A stretch of DNA of 64,000 bases from positions 434,001-498,000 of the forward strand of contig NW_026250430.1 in assembly GCF_024521635.1 (NCBI RefSeq), read 5' to 3'. The notes under the pieces were generated by a model that saw only the letters and a list, made by a program, of their open reading frames with translations, had not been told where the DNA came from and did no database searches. Positions 1 through 10,927 of the stretch are shown here, one piece after another; the first letter of the stretch is position 1, and every line of letters begins with the position of its first letter. The stretch is from Tricharina praecox. Taxonomy: Eukaryota. The position numbers and the translations under genes were made by a program.

Positions 1-19
1 TTGGTTGCATTCCACCGGA

Positions 20-25
<6 letters not shown>

Positions 26-59
<34 letters not shown>
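26..59. repeat. (GA)n microsatellite
   Basis: 17 perfect GA units. Confidence 0.95.
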
Positions 60-62
<3 letters not shown>

Positions 63-1303
63 TCAGTTTATTGCCGCATACGGCCTTTCACAGACCATGG
101 CAACCACACAGGTGACAAGTGCCCTTTCCTGCCAGCTCAGAGGGGGTGGACACTAGAGAGTGCATCCCGCCAGATATTTTGTATTTGTTCAACCATTAAT
201 CTTGCATTCCGGCGGAGTCAGCACCTTGACTCAGCTAGCTGCGGATGAGTGATGCCTCGTGTCTCGCTACATGACGGCCGGCCGCAAATCCGTGCAACCA
301 ACAGCATATTGTCCCTAACGTTTTGGTCGAAAAAGAAAATAACTGCATCACTATACTAGTACTATTGTTTGTTGGCTAATTCCAGGCCCACGGCTCTATG
401 TAGAGGCAAGTCTGCGAGTGGGAGCATGTGGCTCCCGTTGCCGGTGCTCAATCCGGACGCGGACGAGGGGCTGGGTACCGCCCGCCAGTAGTGCCAGTAT
501 CCAGCCTCAGCTAGTGGCGGCGTTCAAGCCCTCCGGCTGTCCTGTCCTGTTCGACCGGTCGTTTCCCATCTTCCCCTCCCGACTCGAATACTCTATTCTT
601 TGCACATGCGATATCATCATGCTTACCCCGTGCTTCCGCACTGCCTCCTGGTTGCTGGTTGTGGAGCCTCTACGAAGCAGTATGATGGCTGAAGAAGCCG
701 CTGATATACGATAGTGTAGGTTGAGGGAGGAAACTGGGAGGGGTCGGATGGAGAATATTGGCCGGCTGTAGTAGCATAGATTCGCACGCGAGTGGAGGTT
801 TTGAAGCTCAACGTAGAACGGGATACGGAGGGGAGAGAATGGGAGCCTTGTGCCATGTTCTGTCGCGCACTCGTCTACTCTACCTATCCGCTGGGGGTCT
901 TCTCCAACGGCTGCTGGTGCTCGGGCCCAGTGGGTGGACGGTCGTGCGTGCACCGACGTTGGCAGTGGTCCTGGTATGCATACATATCCTGCCGGTGCCT
1001 CGGCCATGCCCCAGTCGGCTGCAAGCACGAGTGAGAGGCGTCCACACGGTTGCCACCAACATAGTGGGGGATTCGGGAGCCCCTAGGATCATCTTCATGC
1101 GATGCAGGTAGTGTTACCGCTCTACCTTGCAGTTATTACCCAGTAAAGGTTTTAGTCAACGATGATCTGTATTGCGTCCAGCGGCTAGAATTGGCCGTAG
1201 GTGAGGGCGGAGCTCATCAATAAATAGTCCTTCACCCCCCCGATTGCTCCCATTTCTCTCCCCATCACCATCACCCCCACAAACTCCAACTCGAACACAC
1301 ACA

Positions 1304-1504
1304 ATGCATTTCACCAAGATCATCCTCTCGCTCACCCTCCTCTGCGCCGGCGCGGTCGCGGTCGCCATCCCGGTTGCGGCTCCGGTCGCGGAGGCCCAAG
1401 CCATTCAGCCTGGCCAACCTATCGTCCCTGGCAAGCCTGTCAAGCCTGTCAAGCCTGTCAAGTCTGCTAAAAAAATTATCCCCACCGCGGGAAAAAGCTG
1501 GTGA
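1304..1504 (+). CDS. Small secreted cationic Pro/Lys-rich prepropeptide, 66 aa (family A-like)
   Basis: ACAATG start after a CA-rich leader; AATAAATA at 1219. Protein MHFTKIILSLTLLCAGAVAVA|IPVAAPVAEAQA|IQPGQPIVPGKPVKPVKPVKSAKKIIPTAGKSW: signal peptide followed by six X-P/X-A dipeptides. Confidence 0.8.
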   Translation: MHFTKIILSLTLLCAGAVAVAIPVAAPVAEAQAIQPGQPIVPGKPVKPVKPVKSAKKIIPTAGKSW

Positions 1505-2608
1505 CGCCGCGGCGTCGTCGGCCCGGACGAGGACGAGGATGGTACTATCGGCGCGGCGGCTGGGAGAAGCTGGTGGCGCTGAGGAGCTACGGGGGGATTG
1601 AGAGCACGAGCCCGACGAGTGAGCGTGTGTGGAGCAGGCGCTAATGCAGAGATCATAGGTTGAGGCTGAAGCGGGAAGGGGGGTTGTGTAGGAATCTTGA
1701 CTGGCTGTCGCGGTGGTCGGTGAGGAGAGGGAGCGGGAGGTGGAGTCAGAAGTTCAGTAAGTAGGAGGATTAGACACGACATGAATAATTAGGAATTGTA
1801 GGACGCGTTTGTTGGAGGAATGGGAATTATAGGACATGTTTATTGGTGAATTCGTATATCTCCCATCCTCGGGAGGTTCAGTCTCCAAGAATAACTAGTG
1901 ATTACACCTCGCGGATTGACAGCTGTACTGGTACATTACTATTGTACACACACGAGCGCTGCCGTAAAATAATTTGTTACATTCTGCCCGTGCTACTGCC
2001 ATGATTTAGCTGGCGGCAGACGAGTGATCGCCTTTGCCCTTTCCAGGAGCATCGCAATTTCATATCTTTTACATCCTCGCCATCTCATCTCTTCCGCTGC
2101 AAATACTCCTCGCGAACCTCTACACCGTATATGCAGCTATCTTCACGAGCCGGCTGTTTTGATGAAGTTGAATGCCGATATAGATACTCATACCTTCCTA
2201 CTCAGCGATCCTATCTCCTGGTGGTGTGGAGGAGCTGTGAGAGGAGGTGCCGGCAAGAGGAGGAAGTGAAGGAGGACTGCTGTCGGCGGGAGAAGACGAA
2301 TGTGGTTAGTAGAGGGCACCAACGTTGGCGGGCATGGCGGGGCCGTATGCTCTCTTAGCCATCTGCCTCTTCTTCTTTTTCTTCTTCTTCTTCTCCCACC
2401 ACTCCTCCTCCCCCCGCAACTCCTCCTTCCCCCGCAACTCCTCCCACCCGCAACTGCTATTACCCCCCTCGCCGCAACTGCTATTCCCACTCCCACCTAT
2501 TCCCCCCTCGCCGCAACTGCTATTCCCCCTCTCACCGCAGCTCCCCCTTTCCCTGATAGCTTCTCTTGCTAATAGCTCACCTTGCAGTAATGCTAGTCTG
2601 GCCGCCGT

Positions 2609-2657
2609 GGATACTGGATACTGGATACTGGATACTGGATACTGGATACTGGATGCT
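2609..2657. repeat. (GGATACT)n heptamer tandem repeat
   Basis: 6 perfect copies plus 1 imperfect copy; preceded by degenerate CCCCCTCGCCGCAACTGCTATT repeats at about 2405-2545. Confidence 0.9.
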
Positions 2658-5048
2658 GGCCGCCGTGGATGCTGACCGCTGGCCCCGTAGGTAGTACTAG
2701 TACATAGAATAGAAATCCATTTAGGTGCTCAATGCTTCAAGACCAATCTGAAAAATGCTGCATAAGCGAGAAAACCCGAGCCAGTTTCACGCGTTGCACA
2801 CCTGCTCCCATGTTTCAACACTTCGAAAAATGGTTCAAAAATGCCAAGAAAACGATGCTGCAACGTTTTAATGCACTTAAACGCTTTATTTTAACTACAT
2901 AGGATAGATTTGCAACATATTGAAAAAAAACTTGAAGTAATTCTTTAAATGTGTCTAATTTCCGGCAATTTAACTCTCTAAAATCGGGATCACTTGTACT
3001 ACGGCTTCCAATTTTCACAAGAAAAGCCTGTGAACTGTATATCCACTCCCTCCGTTAAAAACTTGCAACCCGTCTGTGAATCCAACACGGAATGTACAAT
3101 GTTTTGAGTGGCTTCTATAGGTCAATAATTTGACATGTGTAAAATTCTCAACTATCACGATGTGGTATTTACGTTTCCTACGGGTTTGAAAAAAAATCAT
3201 GGCACAACAGTTGCTCCACTATTTAAAAACCCCCCCCCCTTTTTTTTACAAGGGTATGTATCATACAAGGGCCGAAACTTAGCTTGAACTTAGCTGCGAG
3301 CTGGGTATGGCGGATAACCAGATTCCACTGGTACTCTACGTGGACCTTCCTTCCTCCTCAATTCCCCGCACTCTGCCGCACATCATTCCCGAATCCCCAA
3401 CGCAATGCTGCTCGACTCCGGATTCAGACACTCTCGCCATCGTCACCTTCATCGCCGCGAACAGTGCATCCCTGCCGCTGCCGCTATCCAAATGCTTGGC
3501 CTTGGGCCGCTTGCGGAAGCGAAAGTTCGGTCAAGACGGCAGAAGCACCGATAGTTACCGCCACCGTGGGTACATAGGGCTGACACGGTGGTAATTATGT
3601 ACAAGGTAGTGGACGCGGACGGGCCGCCCGGTGCGGGTTGTAGGTACATACTCTGGTATGTAAACGCCGTGAGCCCTAGCTCGAGCTGCTGAAGGAATGC
3701 CATGCGCATTTCGCGGCCGAGGAAAGGATAGCATTGAATTCGGGGCGGTCACCGGTCGTCTCGTGTTCCTGGACCGTGTCGGAAATCAAAGTCTGTAGAT
3801 TTGCGAGCGATCAGTAGAGGCTCCAGCTTGCGCACGTATGTGACGCCACTGTCAAATACATGTCACTGTTGAATACATGCGAAATATGTATCTCCCTCGG
3901 CCAACTTCATTGGAATTTGGCACGGATCCAAAAAGTAAAGAATGTAGCCGCTGAGTCCGAGCGAGTCTGCAATCTTCATACGGGCGGTACGGTATTTGGT
4001 GACTGCAGTCGTCCAACCGAGCGATCCAAAAATTTCACGAGAAAAAAGCGGTGTGATGAAATAGGTATTCCGTGTGGGTGGTCTATGAGAAGAACAAGAG
4101 AAGAAAAAGACGAACAGACAAGGGCAGAAAGGAATCTAAAAAATGATTCAACGTTTGTCCTCCGAATCGGGTGTGGTCCTGGTCACACCCCCTTAGCGTT
4201 TGGCCCCTCCATACCACCGCTCACCGCAACACAGAGGCACCCCGCGCTTCCTCACTGCCCACCTACATAGTTGATTAACCTGGCCATCTTCTCCTTCTCG
4301 ACATCTCCAAATCAGAAATGCTACACACACCTCCGACAACCACACCAACCTTCCAAAAATTCCAAGACTATCCGTTGGCACACCAAATGCCCCGCTCACT
4401 TTGGCTTCAGGATTCATGTGGCGTGTGTCCACTCTTTCCGACCGCGGATTGAGTGCCCCGACCGACGGATTCGACGACGATGAGCATGAAGCGATAGAGA
4501 TCAATCGAGCCTCGGTCCCTGGCCGGAGAACTGCACCACCACGGGCGCTACGTCCGAACCTCTGAAGAAGTCTCACCATCGCTTCCCCGCACATCATCGA
4601 TTTTATCACTCTAGGAGAGCCTGTTTAGCAGGCGATACGGCGACGGCGGGGAGGAGAGTGAACTCCAGGGGAGAGCTCAGGGCTTGGCCCAGGACAACGT
4701 CGACCATGACAACCGGCATTTTGCCAGTCCCGCCTTCGATCCAAATATCTTCGCTGCTATTCATCGGGCCCCGGCCTTGACAGCTACGCAAACCCCGAGA
4801 CGACGATTCCTTTCGAGCACCATGCTGTGTGCGCTAGACTGGTTATTTTGAGGGTAGAGGAGGGCTACGAAGCGCCGCTACAGCGCAAAATCGACAACCC
4901 GAGCCTCTTCGGAGGCTCACTTTCAAAATATTGCGAGACGAAGGGATTTGGCTTGTCATTTCTGTATGGATTTGGTGGTGGAATTTCTTTGTCGAAATGT
5001 TGTATTGTAGATATCTCTATCGGTCATAACCTTCGGGTTCCATGCTGT

Positions 5049-5228
5049 ATGAACAATCAATCAATCAATCAATCAAATCACAAATGCTCAATCGCCACGG
5101 TCATCGTTACTCTCTCCACCACCGCCGTCATCATCGGCGCGTCGATTTGCGATCGCGGTCCCGGTCCGCTGTCGGAGACGAAGGTAGCCCATGAGTGGAG
5201 CAAGCCGAGAACCCGCAGAGGGGGTTAG
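5049..5228 (+). pseudogene. Degenerate paralogue of the family A peptide gene at 8484
   Basis: ...ATVIVTLSTTAVIIGASICDRGPGPLSETKVAHEWSKPRTRRGG aligns with 8484 (PAPLSEATAEHDWNR..RGG). The family-type ATG CTC at 5084 is out of frame; only the ATG at 5049, upstream of an (AATC)n tract, is in frame. Confidence 0.5.
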
Positions 5229-5386
5229 TATCTCTTCACTGGCACTGTTCATCAGCGCGACGCAGGTGTAGGGAATGGTGCCGTTTACCAGGACTCAGAA
5301 GATGGATACTCTATCCCGCACGTCAGCCAGCACTGTGGTGAGGACCACCCTCGAGTGGAACCAACTCATGCTTTTCGTGGAGCCGC

Positions 5387-5424
5387 GGGGGGGGGGGGGG
5401 GGGGGGGGGGGGAGGGGGGGGGGG
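5387..5424. repeat. Poly-G tract
   Basis: 38 nt of G interrupted by one A at 5413. Confidence 0.9.
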
Positions 5425-5699
5425 TGGTCTGCTAGGCTTCGATTCTTGCGATAAGAGGACACTGGAGTTACGTACAGGTGAGACCCCTCGGCGAACATCT
5501 TCACCACAGGCCAATGGAAAAACATGTGGCTGTACCGGATTAGTTGGCATAAAGCTGCCACCTCCCACGGGAGGAAATTCACATCGGCGTGTGTATCACG
5601 ACCGTCCACGACTGCCGACGTCCTACTGCCAACGTCCCACTGCCACGCCCTGAAGGACTCGAGTAACTAGACCGCACATATCCATCATCCGATAGCAGC

Positions 5700-7998
5700 A
5701 TGGAACAGGATCTGGAGCAGGGCCTAGCACTTTCCAACCCACCTGAGCGCCCAGACACTGAAGGTTTGTGTTCTTTGCTTTTAGAGTGAGACCGCCCGCG
5801 CCGTGCTGACGGACTAGTGACAGAAAACCGGCAGTCTGGGGCTACTACTACGCACGGACCACAGGATAGCCAAAGCGGCGCCCGAAGAACTCGTTATGCA
5901 AACTTGGTACCCGAATATGCAAAGTCAGCAGCCTTTCCCGGTTGGTGATTTTCATACAACATTCCCATCCACGCAAGAACCTCAGAGACCAGAGTTGGCG
6001 ATTTCCGGGTACTAAACCGAGTAGAGAGTCGATACTGTTCGCCCCGCGTGACGATGACGACAACGAGAGGAAAATATTTCCGCCGCGCGATCTCATAAAC
6101 GTTGTCATTGTACAACTCCGTAAGAATTGATCGGAAATGGTAACGTCAACTCCTTTGTCGTCGCTATCCGAGTTCCGCGAATATCTCGAAAGCCGAAAAC
6201 ACATCCTGTTGCCGCCCGGCGACGCAATGCTGGCAGGTGATTCGTTCATATTCCTGATCGAGGACCTTTCGCCAAACTTGATAGAGCTCGTTGGCAGCTA
6301 CCTTTCCATCGCTCCCGAGGTCTTCCTACAGTACAGTTCCGGAGGAGAAGCGAATTTCCATCGATATCATAGGGGGAGGAGGACACGCCTCGGGCTGCGA
6401 GGGTTGCTGGGCCGAGGCTGAGCTTGGCGAACGCTGCCTGGAGCTAGACACCGAAATCTCATCGATGGATTGGTGGAGCGCCGGAACCTATAACCTGGAT
6501 ACCTATTCCCTGGTGAGCCGAATTTGGGACAGGGCACGGCTGTTGTCTTCCAGTTACACCAAAAGGGTCGCATGGGAGCGGGCCGCGGTTCCACCGGCCC
6601 AGGACGTCGAGAACCGGACTCCTCCCAAACGCGAACCAGAGCTCGACTGTTTCGTATTTCGCCCGTACAAGGCCATCACAGAGCTCGCCGTCTCCGGCAA
6701 ATACCCGGCGTACATCTGTGCGGTGCAAGAGCGTGCCACATCGTACATGTCGGGTCAGCATTGCGGTGGGTGACTCCACTTCCACTCTCGGCTTCCGTGA
6801 ACTGCCCCCATTGACAGGATCTCCCCGTGCTATAGCCGTCGTCCTTTTCGACAAGCAGCCTAGCGTTGTACCGGGTCCGACATTCGGCGATGTACCGGAC
6901 CCACCAGATGTACCGGACCTACCATCAGGTTTCGATACCGGCGAATTACTGAGAGGGTGGGGGTGGGGGCCCCTATTCGTGCGTTCACATATGGTCATGG
7001 GACAATCGTCCGCGAAGACGGCACGGAATACCAGTACACAGAAGCTCTTCTAACGCTTACTGAAAGAAACTATCGACGCCAACGATGGCTTGCGCATCGC
7101 ACTGCCCGAACTCCTCGCTCGTGCCAGGATCCGACTTCTCACGCACACACTCGACTGGTGGGGCTGCATCCTGTGGAAGATGGGCCGCGCTTTAGATGGG
7201 ATCGATGCATCACTGTCCGACCACTTCGTAGTCTCGCGCAGGTTGCCGGAGTGGCGGCGATTGTGGTGTAACTGGCGGGGACTCCTCGCCGATTTGGAAA
7301 GCACCGCTCAGCGCACGACATCGTTGATCGACACCCTCGCGATCGGACCGGAAAGCGGCTACGACGAGCTGCGACAGCTCAAAATAGGCCTCGCAGCGTG
7401 TGAGAAGGACCGCAAACGGCTGGAGCGGCGGGTCGAGTCGAGCTTCCAAGCGTTGATGTCGACGATGTCGATCATCGAAAGTCGTAACGCCGTGTCTCAA
7501 GGGGAATCGATCAGCAAGCTCACGGAGCTTGCATTCATCTTCATACCACTATCCTTTGCCACGTCGTTCTTTGGGATGGAAATCAAGGTAAGTTTTTGAT
7601 GACGCAGACATACCTTCATACATAGCAGCAGTCTCTACTATCCACAGGAATGGGAGGCTACCAAGCCACAGCTATGGCAGTTCTGGACCGTCTCGTGTGG
7701 GCTCCTGCTGGTTGCGTATCTCATTCGACTTACAATACGCTCGACACGGTTTCAGGATCCCCTCGGGAGGCTGAAACTCAGGGTCGCACAGGCGTCGGCC
7801 ATCCCCGAGGGCACTAATATTCCATCGCGGGCATGGTTCAAATACGTGTCTAAGTCGGCATTCCGCACGATCGGAACTGCATCAAGGTACCTGTTTTGTT
7901 CCGGCCCTATTTGCCTCTATGCCATTTGGTCCTGCGCCCTTGACTGCTTTATTTGCTGCTTCATAGTCTGCAAGCACGCGGCTACAAATGTTGAATAG
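5700..7998 (+). pseudogene. Fungal CorA-like Mg2+ transporter-family pseudogene
   Basis: Motifs IFLIEDLSPNLIELVGSYLSIAPEVF and SIIESRNAVSQGESISKLTELAFIFIPLSFATSFFGME (GMN-like), then a second TM after intron 7588-7647. Other introns 5764-5823 and 6766-6817. In-frame stops TGA 6128-6130 and TAA 7051-7053; frameshift near 6350. The 5' exon model is uncertain. Confidence 0.75.
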
Positions 7999-8483
7999 CG
8001 CCGGAGGACATCTCGGGCTCTGGAGTGGTGATAGGGGCCGGTCGCCGAATGGCGAACCATCAGCCATGATCTGGATACATGTATATAGAGGACATACTGC
8101 TGTGACAAGAAGAATAATTATCACGTGTTTCCATCTTCATGCTCCTAAATCTCACACAACCCCTGACCAGCAGCTGTAGTACTCTACAGTCGTCGTGTGT
8201 GGCGCGCGAGGTTCTCGCTTTCATCCCTCGTCTTTGAAGTTTGTGAAAGCTTCTGGAATCTGTTGTATTGTCGATATATACTTACCTACCTAATGTACTC
8301 TATGTTTAGCAGTCTGCTCACTGCTCACTGCTCAGTGGTCAATGCTATCGTGACTCGTGACTCGTCCTACCCCACCTCCAGTCACATAAGAGGTAGGTGT
8401 ATAAGACCCAGCCCTCGTCTCCCGCGCATCGTCTCAAATCGAAACCCAGCCCACTGCTCCCTCACAACACCTCGAACTTCAAG

Positions 8484-8660
8484 ATGCTATTCCACGCGGG
8501 AACCCACACCACAGTCATCGCCATCCTCCTCGTCATCACCGCCGCGTTCGCCGCACCGCTGTCTCGTCCTCGTCCCGCCCCGCTGTCGGAGGCGACGGCA
8601 GAACACGATTGGAATAGGGCGGCGGATTCTGGCCGGGGCGGGGTTGACGCGGGGGGTTGA
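8484..8660 (+). CDS. Small secreted peptide precursor, family A, 58 aa
   Basis: TATAAG at 8400; MLFHAGTHTTVIAILLVITAAFA|APLSRPRPAPLSEATAEHDWNRAADSGRGGVDAGG. Confidence 0.75.
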   Translation: MLFHAGTHTTVIAILLVITAAFAAPLSRPRPAPLSEATAEHDWNRAADSGRGGVDAGG

Positions 8661-8758
8661 GAACGGCGGGCGAGGGGGGTGGCGGCTATGTACTTCTCTA
8701 TGGCGCGGTTGGGCTAGGGTCTGATATCAGATATCACTCGAACGGAATGTCACAGTGT

Positions 8759-8912
8759 TGTTGTAATATCTGTCTAGATTAGTCATGGTAAAAGGCACGG
8801 GCCTTTACCCCTATTCCATATATCTTCTGTTCTCACGAGGCTATAGCCTTACACTTCAATACTACACTGTTCACCACCATATCTTACCATATCTTACTCT
8901 ATATTTCCCACA
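8759..8912 (+). mobile_element. Solo LTR (154 bp), copy 1
   Basis: TGTTG...CA termini, flanks AGTGT/AGTGC (5-bp TSD with 1 mismatch); closely matches the reverse complement of 33980-34134. Strand is arbitrary. Confidence 0.75.
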
Positions 8913-9428
8913 AGTGCGATCAGTCTGTCTGCCGGTCGGTCGGTGCATTACATAATCGTCCATTGCGGTCGAGCAGGTGAACGAGGAATAGTTATGGGTT
9001 ATCTGCGCCGCCCTCGTACGGTATATGGTTCAAAACTCAAACGAGTATATTTATTGGTGATGTTTCACCGTGCAGTGGGCAAGTCCATCAAATCAGCGTT
9101 GTTCGCGTAGATGTAACTCAGTGTTCTTCATTAGAAGAGCTCTAAACCGCGCCCTTGCCGTTGCCGTTGCTAGGAAAATCGAGCCGGATACGAGGCTTTG
9201 CACTGCTATCTATATCATAACCATTTACGGTCGAGAACTTAGAACGGTACTATGAGCGTCGCCGCCCTCGTATTGTTTTCGCATGGTGATTGGCGCGGGC
9301 TCTGAGCTCCGTTTGTCGGTGCCGAGTTCCAACTGCTACCTGCCAACGAACGCCGAGCGGAATACGAGCTCGAGTATTACTCCCCATCCACGCATCTCCC
9401 TTCAACCCTCCCAACAACGCCAAGTCGA

Positions 9429-9605
9429 ATGCGATTCAACTGCGGAACCGGCTTGGGGTTCGTCTACGTCCACACGGCAAATGCCGCTCCGATAGTCGAC
9501 TTGGGCCCACTAGCTTTTGACGACGTACAGTGGGGCACCGCGAGTTGGCGGTGGTGGTGGTGTCGGGGCCTGGTGCGTGGTAGGTATTGCAGAGGGAGGT
9601 GCTAG
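9429..9605 (+). CDS. Family A paralogue with shortened signal peptide and Trp/Arg/Cys-rich tail, 58 aa (possibly a pseudogene)
   Basis: MRFNCGTGLGFVYVHTANA|APIVDLGPLAFDDVQWGTASWRWWWCRGLVRGRYCRGRC; N-terminus matches 10076 (MKFNCGT) but lacks most of the hydrophobic core; GAATACGAG at 9360. Confidence 0.45.
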   Translation: MRFNCGTGLGFVYVHTANAAPIVDLGPLAFDDVQWGTASWRWWWCRGLVRGRYCRGRC

Positions 9606-10075
9606 GTACCGTGCCGGAACGGAAATATAATCTGGATGAAATTCTATTTGGGGATCGGAGGAGATATCCGGCGGAGCGAAATGCATAGCCGAGAATGTAA
9701 ACACGGTACTAAACATAGACGACAGCTCTGTCCGACGTCCGGGAATCACGAGCAGCTGTTGGGCGAGTACCCTATGGTACGGTATGATGTGCACGGTAAG
9801 CACGACCCTCACTGCCATCACCGGCACGCTCGTATACGGATCAACCGTGATCATTGGCGCCGGGGGCGAACCCAGCAAAGTTCCGTCGCCTTCAGTAACC
9901 ACAAAGCCGGAGCGGAATACAGTACGAGGTCGAGCACTGGGTATAAAAACCTCTCCTCTCCTCTCCGAGTAGCCTATCCACCAACCTCAAACCTCTTAGT
10001 CCTTCCCCACGCAACTCCCTCGGAACCGAACAACCCTCGGCCTCGCACCACCTCAAAAGCAAAATCAAACCCGAA

Positions 10076-10228
10076 ATGAAATTCAACTGCGGAACTGTCC
10101 TCGCGGCCGCCGCCCTCCTGCTCGTCTATGTTAACGCGGCAACCGCCGCGCCGACTCCGGTGGCGGCTCCGGCGGCGGAGCCTGGCGAGACGGAGGTGGT
10201 GGGGACGATGGGGAGCGGTGTGTGTTAG
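10076..10228 (+). CDS. Small secreted peptide precursor, family A, 50 aa
   Basis: TATAAAA at 9942; MKFNCGTVLAAAALLLVYVNAATA|APTPVAAPAAEP|GETEVVGTMGSGVC; below the ORF-track length cut-off. Confidence 0.8.
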   Translation: MKFNCGTVLAAAALLLVYVNAATAAPTPVAAPAAEPGETEVVGTMGSGVC

Positions 10229-10673
10229 TAAGGCGCGGGATGGTGGGATGGTGGGATGGTGGGATGGGGAGCCGGACAGCCGGCAGGATCGGGATGGGTT
10301 GATGTTGTGGGGGCGGGGCGATACGGAAGATACAATACGCGCTCGGCCGGCTGTTTAGATGTTTGTTTGTGCTGTCCAGATATTCTAGCCTCGTGCATAT
10401 GTAGCTATGACGGGTCCGAGTTACCTTTCATCCTCACCTGAGCCATCCCGAGTGACATGATTGTGTATGTATGGCTACGTGCGTGCGTTCGAAGCGCCGT
10501 TCACCAATGCCAATGCCAGTGAAACTCGGGGTGAATACGCGCTCGTAGGCTATACTAAACCACACCATACGGCGTACACACCAGCTTTCTGTCTATATTA
10601 ACCCGCCGTGCAAACCTCTCACCCCTCCGCTCCCTCCATCCCTCCATCCCTCCATCCCCCCACCCGAATCGAA

Positions 10674-10927
10674 ATGTTATTCAACTCCAGAATCCTCACG
10701 TTTATCCTGCTGCACTCTGTCCTCCTCGCTATCACCGCCGCCCCTGCACCCGTGCCATTGCCGTCACCGTTGCCTCTCACGTCGACAGCGGATAAGACCG
10801 GGCAGTTGGGCACTTTGAAAAACTGCGGTGACTGTACGTACGTAGCACCCGTAGCTCGTGGGCAGCTCGACAGCGCGCGATATCGAGTACTCGCGCTGAC
10901 GGAGTGGTTAACTACTCTACAGGCTAG
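10674..10927 (+). CDS. Small secreted peptide precursor, family A, 54 aa, spliced (exons 10674-10833, 10923-10927)
   Basis: MLFNSRILTFILLHSVLLAITA|APAPVPLPSPLP|LTSTADKTGQLGTLKNCGDC*. Intron GTACGT...GCTGAC/GTTAAC...CTACAG (10834-10922) gives TGC TAG. TATATTAA at 10594. Confidence 0.75.

Noticed and set aside
792..1034. Cys/Trp-rich 80-aa ORF
   Set aside because: GTG start, no signal peptide or promoter cues; likely chance.
2700..3280. AT-rich block as a transposon remnant
   Set aside because: Composition differs from the surroundings, but I found no TIR, TSD or coding similarity.
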